From Ginglymostoma cirratum (taxonomy: Eukaryota): a stretch of 64,000 bases of DNA. The notes beneath the pieces are model-generated. The model ran no database searches. It had not been told where the DNA came from and was given only the letters and a program-made list of their open reading frames with translations. Positions 12,901-27,900 of the stretch are shown here, in pieces (the stretch's first letter is position 1; every line of letters starts with the position of its first letter). The translations under genes were made by a program, and so were the position numbers. The DNA is taken from the NCBI GenBank assembly GCA_024137785.1, contig JAHRHZ010000045.1, positions 21,251,288 to 21,315,287 of the forward strand, in the 5' to 3' direction.

Positions 12901-15900
12901 CGTTTCCTGTTTCAGTAAAATCAATTTATATTGTTGCTCAGTGATGACATTTAGCGAGCAAATTTGTTTTCTTTGTGCGAAGAGTAAGAAGTCACGTAAT
13001 TATTAAAGATGTACTTCTGGGACGTATACTTTGAAGCTAGATTGGATCTTGGGTGTTTGTGTAGGTTAAGTGAGTGAACAAATCTGACAAATTATGTATA
13101 ATGTAGGCAAAGGTGAAATTATCCATTTTGGCACAAAATAAAAAGAAATTATTATCTAAATGATGAAAGATTACAGAATTATGAGGGCCCAAGTACATGA
13201 ATCTCAAAATCTAATAGGCAGGTACAGCGAGTAAGTAGGAAAGCTAATAGAATGTTATTGTTTATTGTGAGAATTGAAATCAAAAATTCAGAGGTTACAC
13301 TTGAGTCATACAGGGCACAGGTAAGACCTTATCTGGAGTGGTGTTCTAAGTTCTTCCCTCAGTCTTTTTTGTAAATTCAGCATTTTTTCTTGTAAGGGGA
13401 AATCATTTTCATGATAATGGGCAAAGCGATCTTTGGTTCATTTCAATGTTTTTTTTGAAAGGACTTTAATTGGATTCTGCTATCTCCTGCGCAATGAATG
13501 TTTATCATAAGTTGAGCATCAAAGTAGTTTGGTAAATAAAAGTTAATTTTCAGATGAGAGCTTTTTTTTAATCGCCTGGAAGTATTGTACTGAAGTTATT
13601 TGCTGGTTTCTATCAATAAGGTAGTACTTATAAGAAAATAAATATTAGTTGCTCGGTGGTCTAGGTGCAGATTTTTATGTGGTCAGGCCATTAGCCATTA
13701 TAATTCCAAGCATTGGAATTCTCTTTAAACAGAAAATGGAATTAGGTTTTTGAATAGATTTGTAGCTTGGGTTGTGGATGGTTGGCTCGCCGAGCTGGTT
13801 TGTTGTTTTTCCGCAGATGTTTCATTACCCTGCTGGGTAACGTCATTAGTGCAGCCTCCGATGAAGCGCCATTGTGTTTGCCTGCCTATTATGAAAATGG
13901 AATAGCAAGAATCGTACAGCATGGAAACAGGCCCTTTGGTCCAACTTGTTCACACTGACCAGACATCTCAATCTGATCTAATCCCATTTAGCAGCATTTG
14001 TCCCATATCCCTCTGAAACCCTTCCTATTCAGGTACCCATCCAGATGCCTTTTAATGTTGTAATTGTACCTGTCTCCCCCACGTCACACTTTCCTACATT
14101 AATTACTTCCTGCTCCTGCATGCTAACCTTGTGTTTCATGCACGAGAACACTCAATCCTGCTGTGTTGCACCTTTAATGGAGTCTTTCCATTTTTGTTCT
14201 GTCACTGGCCAAACCTATGTAGTCCTGTTGCCTAGAGTTGCCGCTGGCCACTGCAATGCTTAAGTCAAGGGAGTATGTAGAGTGGGGCAAATAGTTTCAA
14301 AGTACCCTGTCTATTTCCCTTTTTTTTTTCCATTCATCCCAATTGCACTCACTTCCTGGGATAGCCTGTTGAAAGGTTGTGTTAGACTTGAAATGACAGT
14401 GACAACGGGGCTCAAATATTATAAATGGATGGAAAAAGCCTATAAAAAAGATCTTTTGAGTACCGGCAGAATGCCTGGTCTCCTGACTTGGGGGAACTGG
14501 GTTGGTGTTGCAGGTTGTTTGTAACTGAACTTGTAAAGGCAGGGAAAGAGAAACCTAGCCCCAAATGTTGAAACAGTCTTTCTCGTCTGTTAGGGCTTCA
14601 TATTTATATTCCTTGTAATGTGATGATACATTAGGAGTACTTGCAGATTTTTATTCTGTTCCTGTTGTAGTTAATATATTGTTTTTGCTTCTTTACAGTT
14701 TCCTCATGTGATTGTGAATTGTGTGGAATGCTTTTCTTCAAGGATGCTTTTTGAACAAATACTTAATGAGCTGCAGGGTCATTCGCTATCCCCCAAGAAT
14801 GAATACTCTTCTTGTCTACAGTGTAACACACTCAATGAATTTGTTCTACTTTATAAGCAAGTGGTCCACAAACAGAATTTGCGCAATCAAACTGTCTACA
14901 TTGTAAGTAAATGATTATGAAATTACTCAACTTCTTTTAAAAATTAGCATTTCGGGGGGTCACATAACAAAAAGGAATAAATCTGATGGCTTTATCATAT
15001 TATTGGCACAGTAGGGTGGCTCTGTGCTGTACTTTTGAGGTTAGCTTGGTTGTGATTCAAAATTACTAATCTTATTAAAAGACATGTTTCCTTTTTGCAC
15101 CCATATTGCCCCTTGCCAGATGTGGTTTCATGCTCTCCTAATATGCATTCCTCATGTTTTCCTTTTTCTGAGTGTTGTAGGCAATAATACCATGGAGCTA
15201 ATCAGAAGGCAGTTCAAATTTTCCCTTACTTGTTGCCCATAATTCTAATTCAATCAAGGATTTTGCAATACTGATAAGGAGTCAAAGTGCTGGTTTATCA
15301 TTTGCTTTCCTCATGATCAGTCTTGCTGAAGCTGTTGGTGTTATTGAATCTGTCTGCCAGAGAGCTAACTCAGTGCAGATCCCCAGAATTGAATCAGAGA
15401 CTTGGTTGATCTTTGCAAATCAGTTTATTACTGAATTGTTGAGAAATTCTATATTCACTGTTTTTGGCAGCGGATGGTTTCACATCAAAGAATAGAGAAT
15501 AATTTGATGTATCAAAAAAGGGTGAGAAAGGTTATTAATGTTCACTACCCCTCCAACTTATTGAAAAGCCAACTCTTAGGAGAGGCCGGAAATGAGAGGG
15601 GAGGCAGAAATCTTTAGCCAACTTTTACTTAAAGTGGTGAGGAATTTTCCAAACTCTGAAACAAATAATTGAAGTTCAGGATGACATGGTTAGTTCAACT
15701 TGTCACTAAACGAGCCATTTCTTCTGTTAGATGCTTGTAAGGAAGGGGATGCTTCCTGATATCTAACCGCAATGTTTGTTTCTGTATTTTTTTTTTAAAC
15801 ATATCCCTTTGGTTCTATTTGCTTCTAGTTGTTCTATCCATTTCAGGTAAAACTTGTATCTAAAAACTAACATCTGTAATTCTGCCTCTGAGCCTATGTT

Positions 15901-18900
15901 TCTCCAAAATAAATACCATTAGCTATAAGTCATTTCTAGTAATTGAAGATCATTAATTTTGGGTATAACAATGGTGAGGGTATAAAATACAATCACATTC
16001 TTGAGAGGTAGGTATCAAAATTAAATAGTCAAAACCTTAGGCAGTCTAGTAGTCTATTTTGATCATTTGTTAGTTTAATAAAGTATGTTACGTTAAGTTG
16101 GCAAGGAACTTACTTTCTTTAATGAATGGAAGTGTCTTGGTGGCCCCTTGGAATTAGGTGGATGCTTGCTGTGGAGTTCCCAGAAAAGAGAGAAAGGGAT
16201 GTAATCAGTGGAAGCTAGAGGACGTGAAAAAGGGAAATGAAATGGCTAACGGAGAAACAGCATTTTAAAACCATATTCCGCATTGCCAATCAGTCTGTGG
16301 TCAATGAGTGGTTGTGCACCTTTTCTGCTATTACATTTTCAGCTGCTTTAATCTGCATTGTGGACAGTCCACTGCATTCTTCCCAATTTTCAAATAGCTT
16401 TTCAGGTTAATTTTGGAATATTGTTGCTGGCCGTCCTATGACATTTTACCAGTCATGAGCTGGGAGTAGAGTGTGCACTTTGGGAGGTCATTCTGATACA
16501 GTGGCATGTCCAGAGCAGCTGTGGTTTTGACAATGGTTGGTTGCCTCCGTGCTTGGGTTACCTCCTTCATGGAGGATGCTAGTATTTATGTAGTGATCCA
16601 TCCAGTTGACACACAAGATTTTACATAGGCAGCACTGATGGTATGGACTAGGCATTCTTTTATTGTTGGTAATAAGTCACCCAGGTTTTGCAGCCGAAGA
16701 AAAGATTTGGAAGGATGATGGCGTAGTAGATATTTTTGGTCAGATTGTTCTTGCATATCTCTGGAGCAGGTGGAACTTCACCTGGGCCTTCAAGCTCAGA
16801 GGTTAAGGACACTAGCACTGTGTCACAACAACATTTTACTGCTTTTGGCCCTTTCAGCATGCCTTACTGTGAGATATGCTAAAGGATGATCTCTTGTTGT
16901 CTCAGCTCCACTTTGCTGTCTTCTCTCCATCATCCTTGACTCCCTTGTCTTTCAAAAATCTATCCAAATCTGCCTTGAATCAATGATTCAGCCTCCAGTG
17001 AGAAAGGGAATTCCACTGACAAACAATCCTCCTGGAAGAAAGAAATCTCCCCTTCTGTGTTAAAGGAATGAGTTCTTCATTTTAAATTGTGTTCCCTACT
17101 TCCAGACTTCACAAAGTATTTTCTTGATGTCCACCCTCTTGAGTCCCATCATCAAAAGTTTTTCAAAAAGCTGCATAGCCATACAGCTGCTCGGAAGCTC
17201 CGCACTCGTGCCAGTGCATGGCTTTTGCACACCTGTACTTGCTACACGATGCAAAGTGACTCTTTCTTGAACATAGGTTATATAAATATTTTACGGTGTT
17301 ATGCATTTCTTCCAGAATGTAAAAAATTTTGAAACATTGTTTGCAATGCTGCTTCTGTCGCACAGCTGCCTTTTATCACCCTAGGATGCAAGTGATGAGC
17401 TTCCTGGGACTTACGACTTTTTGGGAGTCAGTAGCTACTCCCTGTTAGATACTGTTTAAAGATTTTTAGCTAACTGTAAGAAGAATATCACATTTTTTTA
17501 AAATTATTTTTTTAAATTTTGAATAAAATGATAAGATGGAAGATTCATGTGTGATTTGTGTTGATGTAGGCTAAGTATCTTGTGTAAATGCTAAATCGAA
17601 TACCTGCCTTCATTCAAGGTGTTGGATAAAGCAGAACATTTGAGGGAAATGGATTCAAACCTGTTGCCTGGATTTCTGAGGTTTCAAGAATTGGTAAGTA
17701 GCTGGTCTCTTAGTGGCTATAATTATTTCCTGTAACAATCTTGTATTATTTTCATTCTCAAATATTTTGAAATCTTAAGAATATTGTTAGTAAAATAAGT
17801 GTACAGTCCAACAGAAAATGGCTTTGAACTTGCTGTTAGATGCAAAGTTTCTAATTTTGTTGTTGAGTGTATTATGTTTGCTATGCATGTGGAGCTACCT
17901 CTTTCCCTATAGCTGGAACCCAGCTAAAGACCAGAAGAGGACCAGAAGTTGATGTACATGCTTTTAGTGCTGTTGCGGTAGCAGTAAATTCTTCCTCGCA
18001 AATCTTCACAGCCTTGGTATTTTCTAAATCGTGTTTCTGCAAACTGCATACTTTTATCCTTTACCTATTTGTTCAAACATGATGCAATTTGTGCAGATTG
18101 GGACAAACCGCAAAGCATGTTTGCTTCAGAATTACTGCAGCTTTGGACAACCAGAGGTAAAATGATTACTGTGGTGCATGGAACTTTTCAGAGGATTATG
18201 TTTGATAGTCTGGAAATATACTTAATTGCTATGGAGGATTAACAAAGAATATTTATCATAGAAAATTGTTGATAGAACTGAATCCATGATTGGTTTGATT
18301 ACATTAAAATTTGTTGCAAGGACTGAAGCTGTTGCCCTTGCTCCCCACAATGAGCATTGGCTTACAATCCCAAACACCCTCCATCAAAAAGTCAGCCTAC
18401 TTGCACCACCATGGTAATGGGTGTCTCTGTTCTGTTTCAACTTCCTTGGTGCTAAAACCCTCATCCATACTTTTCTCTTGTTTAAACCTGAGACGTGACT
18501 ATTCCATTGTTCTCTTTTTATTGGTCTCCCATCTTACACTAAAAGAAAGTGTCTCCAGCACTCATCTGTTCCGATCTTAACTTGGCACTTAGTCCTGTTC
18601 ACTTATCACTCCTGTGCTTACTGACCTACACTGATTTCTGGTCTTAAAAAGGTCTCAATTTTAATATTCTTGTCCTTGCTTGCAATTCCCTCCATATCTT
18701 TGCCCATTTCATCCTGCAATCTTTTCCAGCCTAGATCAGAGATCTCTGCATTGTTCAATTTCTGGCTTTTTCATAACTCCGGTTTTGTTCATATCTCTGC
18801 TGATGGTTGTCTCTTCAATTTTTTTAGGCCATGCAGTTTAGGGAAGGTGTTCCAAACCTCTAAATATCGAACTTAATTTCATAGTGACTACTAGTTGAGT

Positions 18901-21900
18901 GCCAATTGGGTGTGAAAATGGTGTTCAATATGTGCACTTCAATGGTGAATCGTGCAAGATGCCATATTGGTGAAGATAATGGGAAGTGCATAATGAATTC
19001 TCATTGGAAGTATAAAGGAGAGTGGCACATCTTAAAAGATTAAATTATCTTCATGTTAGGCCCCTACTCCTGGACTCCAGGAGTACTCCACACATGGGTT
19101 CTTGGAATCCACTGTGTAGAGTAACGAACCAATGAAGCTGGTTGCGCAAAGATCAGTCTCAGAATCTCCTGGCCTTTTACCCAAGTTAAACAATCAGTAC
19201 TTGTGAAAGTATGACTACAAGAAAAGGCAGTCCTGTACTGATGACCATGCAAGTTGAGACAGCAGGAAGAGTCAGGCTAGGTAAGAAAAGGGATAACAAG
19301 GTGTGGAGCTGGATGAACACAGCGGGCCAAGCAGCATCATAGGAGCAGGAAAGCTTGACGTTTCGGGCCTAGACCCTTCTTCAGAAATGGGGGAGGGGAA
19401 GGGGGTTCTGAAATAAATAGGGAGAGAGGGGGAGGCGGATAGAGGAGAAGATAGGTGGAGAGGAGACAGACCGGTCAAAAAGGCGGGGATGGAGCCAGTA
19501 AAGGTGAGTGTAGGTGGGGAGGTAGGGAGGAGATAGGTCAGTCCAGGGAGGACGGACAGGTCAAGGGGGCGGGATGAGGTTAGTAGGCAGGAGCTGGGGG
19601 TGGGGCTTGAGGTGGGAGGAGGGGATAGGTGAGAGGAAGGACAGGTTAGGGAGTCGGGGACGAGCTGGGCTGGTTTTGGGATGCGGTAGGGGGAGGGGAG
19701 ATTTTGAAGCTTGTGAAGTCCACATTGATACCATTGGGCTGCAGGGTTCCCAAGTGAAATATGATTCGCTGTTCCTGCAACCTTCAGGTAGCATTGTTAT
19801 GGCACTGCAGGAGGCCCAGGATGGACATGTCTGCGGAAAGGGAGGGGGAGTTGTAATGGTTCGCGACTGGGAGGTGCAGTTGTTTAGGTGTTCTGCAAAG
19901 CGGTCCGCAAGCCTCCACTTGGTTTCCCCGATGTAGAGGAGGCCACAACGGGAACAGCGGATGCAGTATACCACATTAGTAGATGTGTAGGTGAACATCT
20001 GCCTGATGTGGAAAGTCTTCTTGGGGCCTGGGATGGGGGTGAAAGGTTGCAGGAACGGCAACTCATATTCCGCTTGGGAACCCTGTAGCCCAATGGTATC
20101 AATGTGGACTTCACAAGCTTCAAAATCTCTCTTTCCTTCCTACCTACCACCGCATCCCAAAACCAGCCCAGCTTGTCCCTTCCTCCCACCTATCCCCTCC
20201 TCCCACCTCAAGCCCCACCCCCAGCTCCTACCTACCAACCTCATCCCACCCCCTTGACCTGTCCGTCCTCCCTGGACTGACCTATCTCCTCCCTACCCCC
20301 CACCTACACTCACCTTTACTGGCTCCATCCCCGCCTCTTTGACCGGTCTGTCTCCTCTCCACCTATCTTCTCCTCCTATCCATCTTCTATCAGCCTCCCC
20401 CTGTCTCCCAATTTATTTCAGAACCCCCTTCCCCTCCCCCATTTCTGAAGAAGGGTCTAGGCCCGAAACATCAAGTTTTCCTGCTTTTATGATGCTGCTT
20501 GGCCTGCTGTGTTCATCCAGCTCTACGCCTTGTTATCTCAGGAACTGCAGATGCTGGAGAATCTACTACCTCGGTAAGAAAAGGACTGGATGTATAGCAG
20601 GCATCTGAAAACAGACAGAAGGAAGAATGACAGTGAAGAGAAATCAGTTAACATTTCGGGTTGAGCGACCCTTCCTCACTCGACCCATGACATTAACTCT
20701 GCTTTCTCTCCACGGATGCTGCCGAACCTGTTGAGCTTTTCCAGCAATTTGTTTTTGTTTCTGATTTACAGCATCTGCAGTTCTTTTTTTCTTTTTATGA
20801 AGAATGACAGTACTTTGCAGAACAGCACTGAACAGAGAAGTGCTTACAGCCCTTCTTGTACTGTGGCTATTTAGAGTCGATTAAGGGGCAGAAAGGTCTT
20901 GAATCAGCATGCACTGCTGAATCGCTGTCAGTGCTGCAATTTAGCAGCTCTAGCTCTAGCTTTCTTAAATTCTGCATAGCTAAACATGTTAAACAGCAGG
21001 GAAGTCTAACTCTGCTACTTGCCTGTCCTTTCTCAGAATAATTAAATTGGTTGAATTCTTGTAGCTATGTCAACTCTTGTTTTTTTCAATAGATAAAAAT
21101 GTAAAAGTCTGCAAGGAGTTGGGGGTAGGGTGTAGGTTGTGCAGGTGCTATAGGTTTTTTTTTGTGGATTTCAAAGCACTGCATAAACTAATTGCTCCTG
21201 GGCATGGAGGATATAGGAAGGCGTCTTTTTGATATTGAACAGAATTTAGGTGTTGGACGTGACTTGGGAGAATCTGCGTAGACTATGCAGAGCAGAAGGA
21301 GGGCCTTCAGGGAGAAGATCTGTTCAAGATTTTTTTTGCGATCTGATATCCAGAGCCATGATCGCAGGAGTCTGAACTTCCATTGCAACACTTGAATGAT
21401 GTTTGTGCTGGAACAGAAGTAGCAATATTTGTCATCAGATAATGCATTGTTGTTTACTCCATGGGAATCCCTAATGTCAAACAAAAACAAAACTGCATGG
21501 ACACTTGGCCTCGACCTAGGGTCTAGCACTATTTTAAAAAAAAAACCTAGCCCAGTCAACCCCACAAAGTCTCCCTTGCTGTCAGTTGTGTACTTGTCTA
21601 TCACACGGGTCTTCCCCTTTTTGACATGTCAAACAGGAGCCTAACATTACTATTCTCCAGCCAAAAGCCTTGATTCTTCAGTCACCATCCCTGAATATGT
21701 CCTGTCTCTGTAAAACCACAGAGCAACATTTGCAGCATGATGTTATCAGCAGCATTGTTTTCCACAATTTGCCACCTCAGTGCTAAGCCTGCTCTTTGTT
21801 CTGTGGCTGCCATGGAGACAGGACGTCAATCTTTGTTCAATAGGACTGTAAAAGAGCATGTCAGAAGTGGCACCAGCACCTAGTGGGGAGGTGCAAACAT

Positions 21901-24900
21901 AGTCAGTACAGCACAAAAACATGCATTTGGCCCATATCCCTGTAAACCTTTCCTAGTCATATACTTGTCCAAATGTCTCTTAAATGTTGTTACTGTGCAT
22001 GCATCTGCCACTTCCTCTGGCAGTTCATTCCACATATGATCCACCCTCTGTATGAAAATCTTGCCCCCCAGGTCCCTTTTGAAATCTTTCACCTCTCACC
22101 TTAAAGTTATGCTGTGTGGACCTTTATCTGTGCCCCCCATGATTTTATAAATCTCAGTATATAAACTTAAATACTTCAGTGAAGAAGTCCCAGCCTCTCC
22201 AAATAACTCGAACCCTCCAGTCTTGGTAACGTCCTTGCACATCTTTTTCGCACTATCCCCAATTTAATAATATCCTTCCTAGAGCAGGGCAACCAGAACT
22301 GTAGTCCCCTAAAGTTAACAGTATAAATCCTGTCCTTGTTCATTTTACCAAAATGCAACACCTCTCATTTATTTAAATTGAACTCCATGTGCACCTCCTC
22401 AGCCCATACACCCAATTAATCAAGATTCCTTTGTGATCTTAGATAACCGTGACTGTCTACTATACCATCAATTTTGGTCTCATTGGCAAACTTACTAACC
22501 ACGCATTCTATATTCTCATCCAAATTGTTTTATATAAATGACAAACAGAGACCCAGCACCGATCTCTGCGGAACACTGCTAGTTGCAGGCCTCCAGTCCG
22601 AAAAACAACCCTCCACTCTTTTAAATGAGAGGTGTGAATAGGAATAAAAAAACCAAGACTCCACCCCCACCTGACACTGTCCCCACCAGACACTCCCAGG
22701 ACTGGACAGCAGCGGGTGAAACGCAAAGGAAGGTCCACTCTGCTCTTTCGAAACAGAAGATAAGGCTACCTTGACTTTGTTAAACAAAAATAAAGACGCT
22801 ATCACCCTGGGGGAGAAACAAAAGCAGATAAACGAGCAAAAAAAATGGCTCTGCCTTGACTGTGTCCCTGCCAACCACTTTTGGGCAGGGACCAGAGGGG
22901 CCAAAATAAAAATAAATTCAAGCAAAATCAAATAAAACTAATAATTAAGCAAACAAATAACCAACTAAATACATAAATGCCCTCTGTTCTGTCCCCATCG
23001 ATCACTCCTGTGATAAGGACAACAATAGTTTAAAATCCAGAGGATGTTACCCTGCTCGTTTCAACTAAAGATAAAATTCCCCTCACACCGATCTCTGTCA
23101 AGCACATCTGAGACAGGAATAGAACGGAACTAAAAACAAGTGCTGTTGGGCCTTCCAAGAGGTCCAAAATCGGAACAAAGGGAAAATAAGACAGCCCTCT
23201 TCCCGGGGCACCAAACTGAAAACAAGCGCAAATTCAAAAGGCAAAACGGAAACTTATACTACAGAGAAAATTAACTAAATCAGAATATCATTATCCAGGC
23301 TGATAATGCACTCCAGTCCCCACGGCACCCAGCAGTCTCAAAGCCTCAACCGTGCCGGTGAGCACTGCATGCTTCCTCTTGAGGGACACCCAATCATGGA
23401 CGTAACTGTGAAAGAGGGACAGACAGCCAGGAACAATGACCCCCTCTTCGGTCAGCTGCCTGGACCTGTTGATGGCCAGGAGCAAAGCTACGAGAAGGCT
23501 GGTAGACTTGTTCCCTCCAGCCAAACACCACCACCACCACCGGGTGCCCATAGATCAGGGGCAGAAGTGCAACCAAAATTTTAACAACAACTCCTTCAAA
23601 AACTAACAAAAGAGGCTACAGATAAATGCATTTTGCATAAGTGGAAGACCGTCTTCTCCAGGCCACAGAACGTGCCTGTGAACTGGCACCCGATGAACTT
23701 GCTCAGTTGCCAGTTACAAGGGATCTCCGCATGAAGCACAGACCACCCCAGATCCCTGATATAAGAGGAGAGGATCCTCCGCTGGGGATCTCTGTCGCTG
23801 GAGGGCAAAATATTACACCAACGTGTGTCTGGACAGCGGGTGAAGGTATGGCAATGGAGAATGTGCAGCATCAACCTGTACAAAAATGCCTCTGTGCAGT
23901 TCAAAAGGGCGCTGGATATCCCTCAGATGGCTCAGATTGTAGGGCACCACATCATGGGGGAGGGCCCGTGCCACAGAGGCAAAATCGAGTTCCGAACCGA
24001 CAGATCAATTGGTCTGGAAGCCCATCAAGTGCATGCGAGGTGTTGGGCCGAGTGCCTCATCTGTCAAGTTCCGGATGGCTCAGATCACGAGGTGGACTGA
24101 CACCAACACAGTTGACTATGAGGGCATTATCCAGGCTGCTTTTCTGCTATCTAGTGTGTTCCTGACTCTGGTCAGCCCTGCATCCCAAGCTCTCTCCTCC
24201 CTCGGCTATCGCAAACCGCGCTCGATGAGGAACCTGTTCCTGAGCAGCAGCTCCCTGACAAGCTCTGTTGTGAGCTGATCATGTCCCAGACAGTGATTCC
24301 TGGAAGAAGACCTGACCACTCCACGAACAGGAGCTGCATGTCGTAACAGAGGCCTTGCACCTGACGGAGAAGTACGTCACCAGGGTCTGAAGATGACTGT
24401 GCACATCTCTGCAGGGTCTAAAAATGAAAAGTCACTACCCGGATGCGAAGGCACAGCAGCACCTGACAACCCTCCTCAGGGAGTCTCTGAACTGTAGCAG
24501 TGACCCAGTGTTGCCTCTTGTCCTAGAAAAATTCGATGATCTTTTCTGGATGGTGGTGACGAAGCTGGGGGAGGGACCAAAGCTAGTACCACAACATGGC
24601 GTCCAGCAGCTGATTTATGACTAGCACTTGTGCCCTGTAGGACAACATTTGAAGCAGCTCTGTCCAGCATGCTAGGCGAGTGGTCACTTTGGTCTCTGAC
24701 TTGTCACTTTGCTGGCCAGGATTTCTAAGTAGGGCAAGATGGGCTCCTCGGTAGGGGTGGTGAGTGGTACTCCACGTGAAGCACCAGAGCTCCTTTGGCA
24801 AGGGGTCCATCTGCCACAGACCAACCAGAAATCCCAAACACTTGCTCCAGTTAATTCTTGTGGTGGATGCTTCATTCATGCATCCTCTGTAGGTCAGCGG

Positions 24901-27900
24901 GGTCTGTGAACATGAGCAGCACGTTGTCACTGTACGCAGAAAGAACCACCTCTATCCCCAGCCTGCACATAGCCAAACTCGAAAGCTGTTTATGCAAGAG
25001 GCACAGGAATGGCTCCACGTAGGGAGGATAAAGTTGGCTGGACAGGGGCAGCCTTGAGGCACTGCTCTTCCAAAACGCAGGGGCACCATTAGGGACCGGT
25101 TAACCTTCACTAGGCACTCTGCAGCAACATACAGAAGTTGGATCCGGGCAAGAAAGTGCGTACCGAATCTGAATGCTCACGGAGTCCTGAGTAGGTACTA
25201 GTGATCCATTCTGTCAAATGCCTTTTCCTGATCAAGGGAGAGAAAAGTGCTTGATGGGCCAGCCCTCTGGGAATAATGGATCACCACCTGGCCCGGGTGG
25301 ATGTTGTCATGGATGGTCCAGCCTGGGATGGTGTAGGACTGGTCTGGGTGGATCATGTGGTCCAACATAGTGCCAAATTGAGTTGAAAGTGCCGTGGCAA
25401 GGATTTTGCAATCCGTGTTGAGGAGGGAGGCGCTATGCCAATTCTTTAACAAGCAGAGATCTCTCTTAGACAACAAGGTGATGATGGCCCTGGCCAAGAA
25501 AGGGGCATCTTTCTAGTCACGATAACCCACCCCCACCCCCTTACTGGTGAATTCTTGCTGAAATTTTGTGGGGAACTGATACATGAAACCCTTCAAAATA
25601 ATCTGAAGGCCTTGGGGATGTTGATGAGAGATTTATTTGAAACAGAGCTGAAACATTTCAGTTATGTGGGAAGATTAGGGAAACTGTTTGTTTTCTTCGA
25701 ACAGAAATTATAAGGAGAATTGATGAACATTCTCAAATTCATGAAGGGTTTTCATTGAGTAAGTAAATTGTTTCCTGTGATAGCCGGAGAACACAGGTAA
25801 TTGGCAAAAGAACCAGGCGCAGTGTGAGGGGAAAAACATGATATATGGTGAGTTATAATCTGAATTGTCTTGCCTTATAGGATAGTGGAAACAGATGTAG
25901 TCTCTTAAGTGAATTGGGTAAATCACTAGTATCACTGAAAGTTATTCACCCTATTGTCTGTGCTAGCTGTCTGCAATCTAGTACTACCTCCTGCCTTTTC
26001 TCTTTTATCCCTTTTGAAATGTTGTTCAGATAATGATGCAAGTTTCTCTTGATAAACCACGAATGAATCTTCCTCCGTCTCGTGCTTAACTGACAAAAGG
26101 CACAATGAGCCAGATGGCTGTTTCCCATGTTCATCATTCTATGATTCCATGAAGTTGGATAAGATATCCAAATAGAGCAATTGCATGAGGTTTCACATAA
26201 ATTGTTTGATAGTGTGCAGAAAAAAATAAGTTTGATGTGTGCTGCCTGGATTATTTTGAAGCAGTTATGAAGGAATTTGAAAAGGATAGAAGAGGTTTAT
26301 TAGTTTCAAAATATTTAATTCAGAGCAACAATCATCAAGAGCATTGAATGATGGAACGAGAAAAATAAAAATATAGGTGAGAATGTTGTGATCAAACTAC
26401 TGTGATTTGAGGCCATCTTGTAAGTACTGTCTGGCTCAATCACTTGATACACAAAGCTGCTATTCAGTCAAAAAGTTAAGACAATGCATTATAGAATCAC
26501 TGCTGATCCCTGCATCAACAGGCCTGGGCTGTGAGGAAAGATTGAGAAGACTGGAACTTTCAACTGTGAGAACATTGAACATAGAACATTACAGCACAGT
26601 ACAGGCCCTTCGGCCCTCTGTTGTGCCAACATGTGAAACCAATCTGAAGCCCATCTAACCTACACTATTCCATTATCATCTATATGTTTATCCAATGACC
26701 ATTTAAGTGCCCTTAAAGTTGGTGAGTCGACTACTGTCGCAGGCAGGGCATTCCACGCCCTTACTACTCTCTGAGTAAAGAATCTACCTCTGATATCTGT
26801 CCTATATCTATCACCCCTCAATTTAAAGCTATGTCCCCTCGTGCTAGCCATCACCATCTGTGGAAAAAGGCTGTCACTGTCCACCCTATTGACCCTCTGA
26901 TCATCTTGTATGTCTCTATTAAGTCACCTCTTAACCTTCTTCTCTCTAAAGAAAACAGCCTCAAGTCCCTCAGCTTTTCCTCATAAGACCTTCTCTCCAT
27001 ACCAGGCAACATCCTGGTAAATCTCCTCTGCACCCTTTCCAATGCTTCCACATCCTTCCTATAATGTGGCGACCAGAGCTGCACGCAGTACTCCAAGTGC
27101 AGCCGTGCCAGAGTTTTGTACAGCTGCAACATGACCTCACGGCTCCGAAACTCAATCCCTCTACCAATAAAACCTAACACACCGTACGCCTTCTTACCAA
27201 CCCTATCAACCTGGGTGGGAACTTTCAGGGATCTATGCACATGGACACCGAGATCTCTCTGCTCGTCCACACTACCAAGAATCTTACCATTAGCCCAGTA
27301 CTCTGTATTCCTGTTACTCCTTCCAAAGTGAATCACTTCACACTTTTTTCCGCATTAAACTCTATTTGCCACCTCTCAGCCCAGCTCTGCAGCTTATCTA
27401 TGTCCCTCTGTAACCTGCAACATTCTTCCGCACTATCCACAACTCCACCGACTTTAGTGTCATCCGCAAATTTACTAACCCATCCTTCTACGTCCTCATC
27501 CAGGTCATTTATAAAAATGACAAACAGGCCCCAAAACAGATCCTTGCGGTACGCCACTAGTAACTGAACTCCAGGATGAACATTTCCCATCAACCACCAC
27601 CCTCTGTCTTCTTACAGCTAGCTAATTTCTGATCCAAACCGCGAAATCACCCTCCATCTCATGCCTCCGTATTTTCTGCAATAGCCTACCATGGGAAACC
27701 TTATCAAACGCTTTACTGAAATCCATATACACTACATCAACTGCTTTACCCTCATCCACCTGTTTAGTCACCTTCTCAAAGAACTCAATAAGATTTGTGA
27801 GGCACGACCTACCCTTCACAAAACCGTGTTGACTATCCCTAATCAAATTATTCCTTTCTAGATGATTATAAACCCTATCTCTTATAATCCTTTCCAACAC

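Noticed and set aside
12880-12960. Intronic C/D-box snoRNA (GTGATGA motifs)
   Set aside because: No properly placed CTGA D box or terminal stem
23641-24278. Plus-strand ORFs of 89-174 aa
   Set aside because: Antisense shadows of the Tx1-like ORF2
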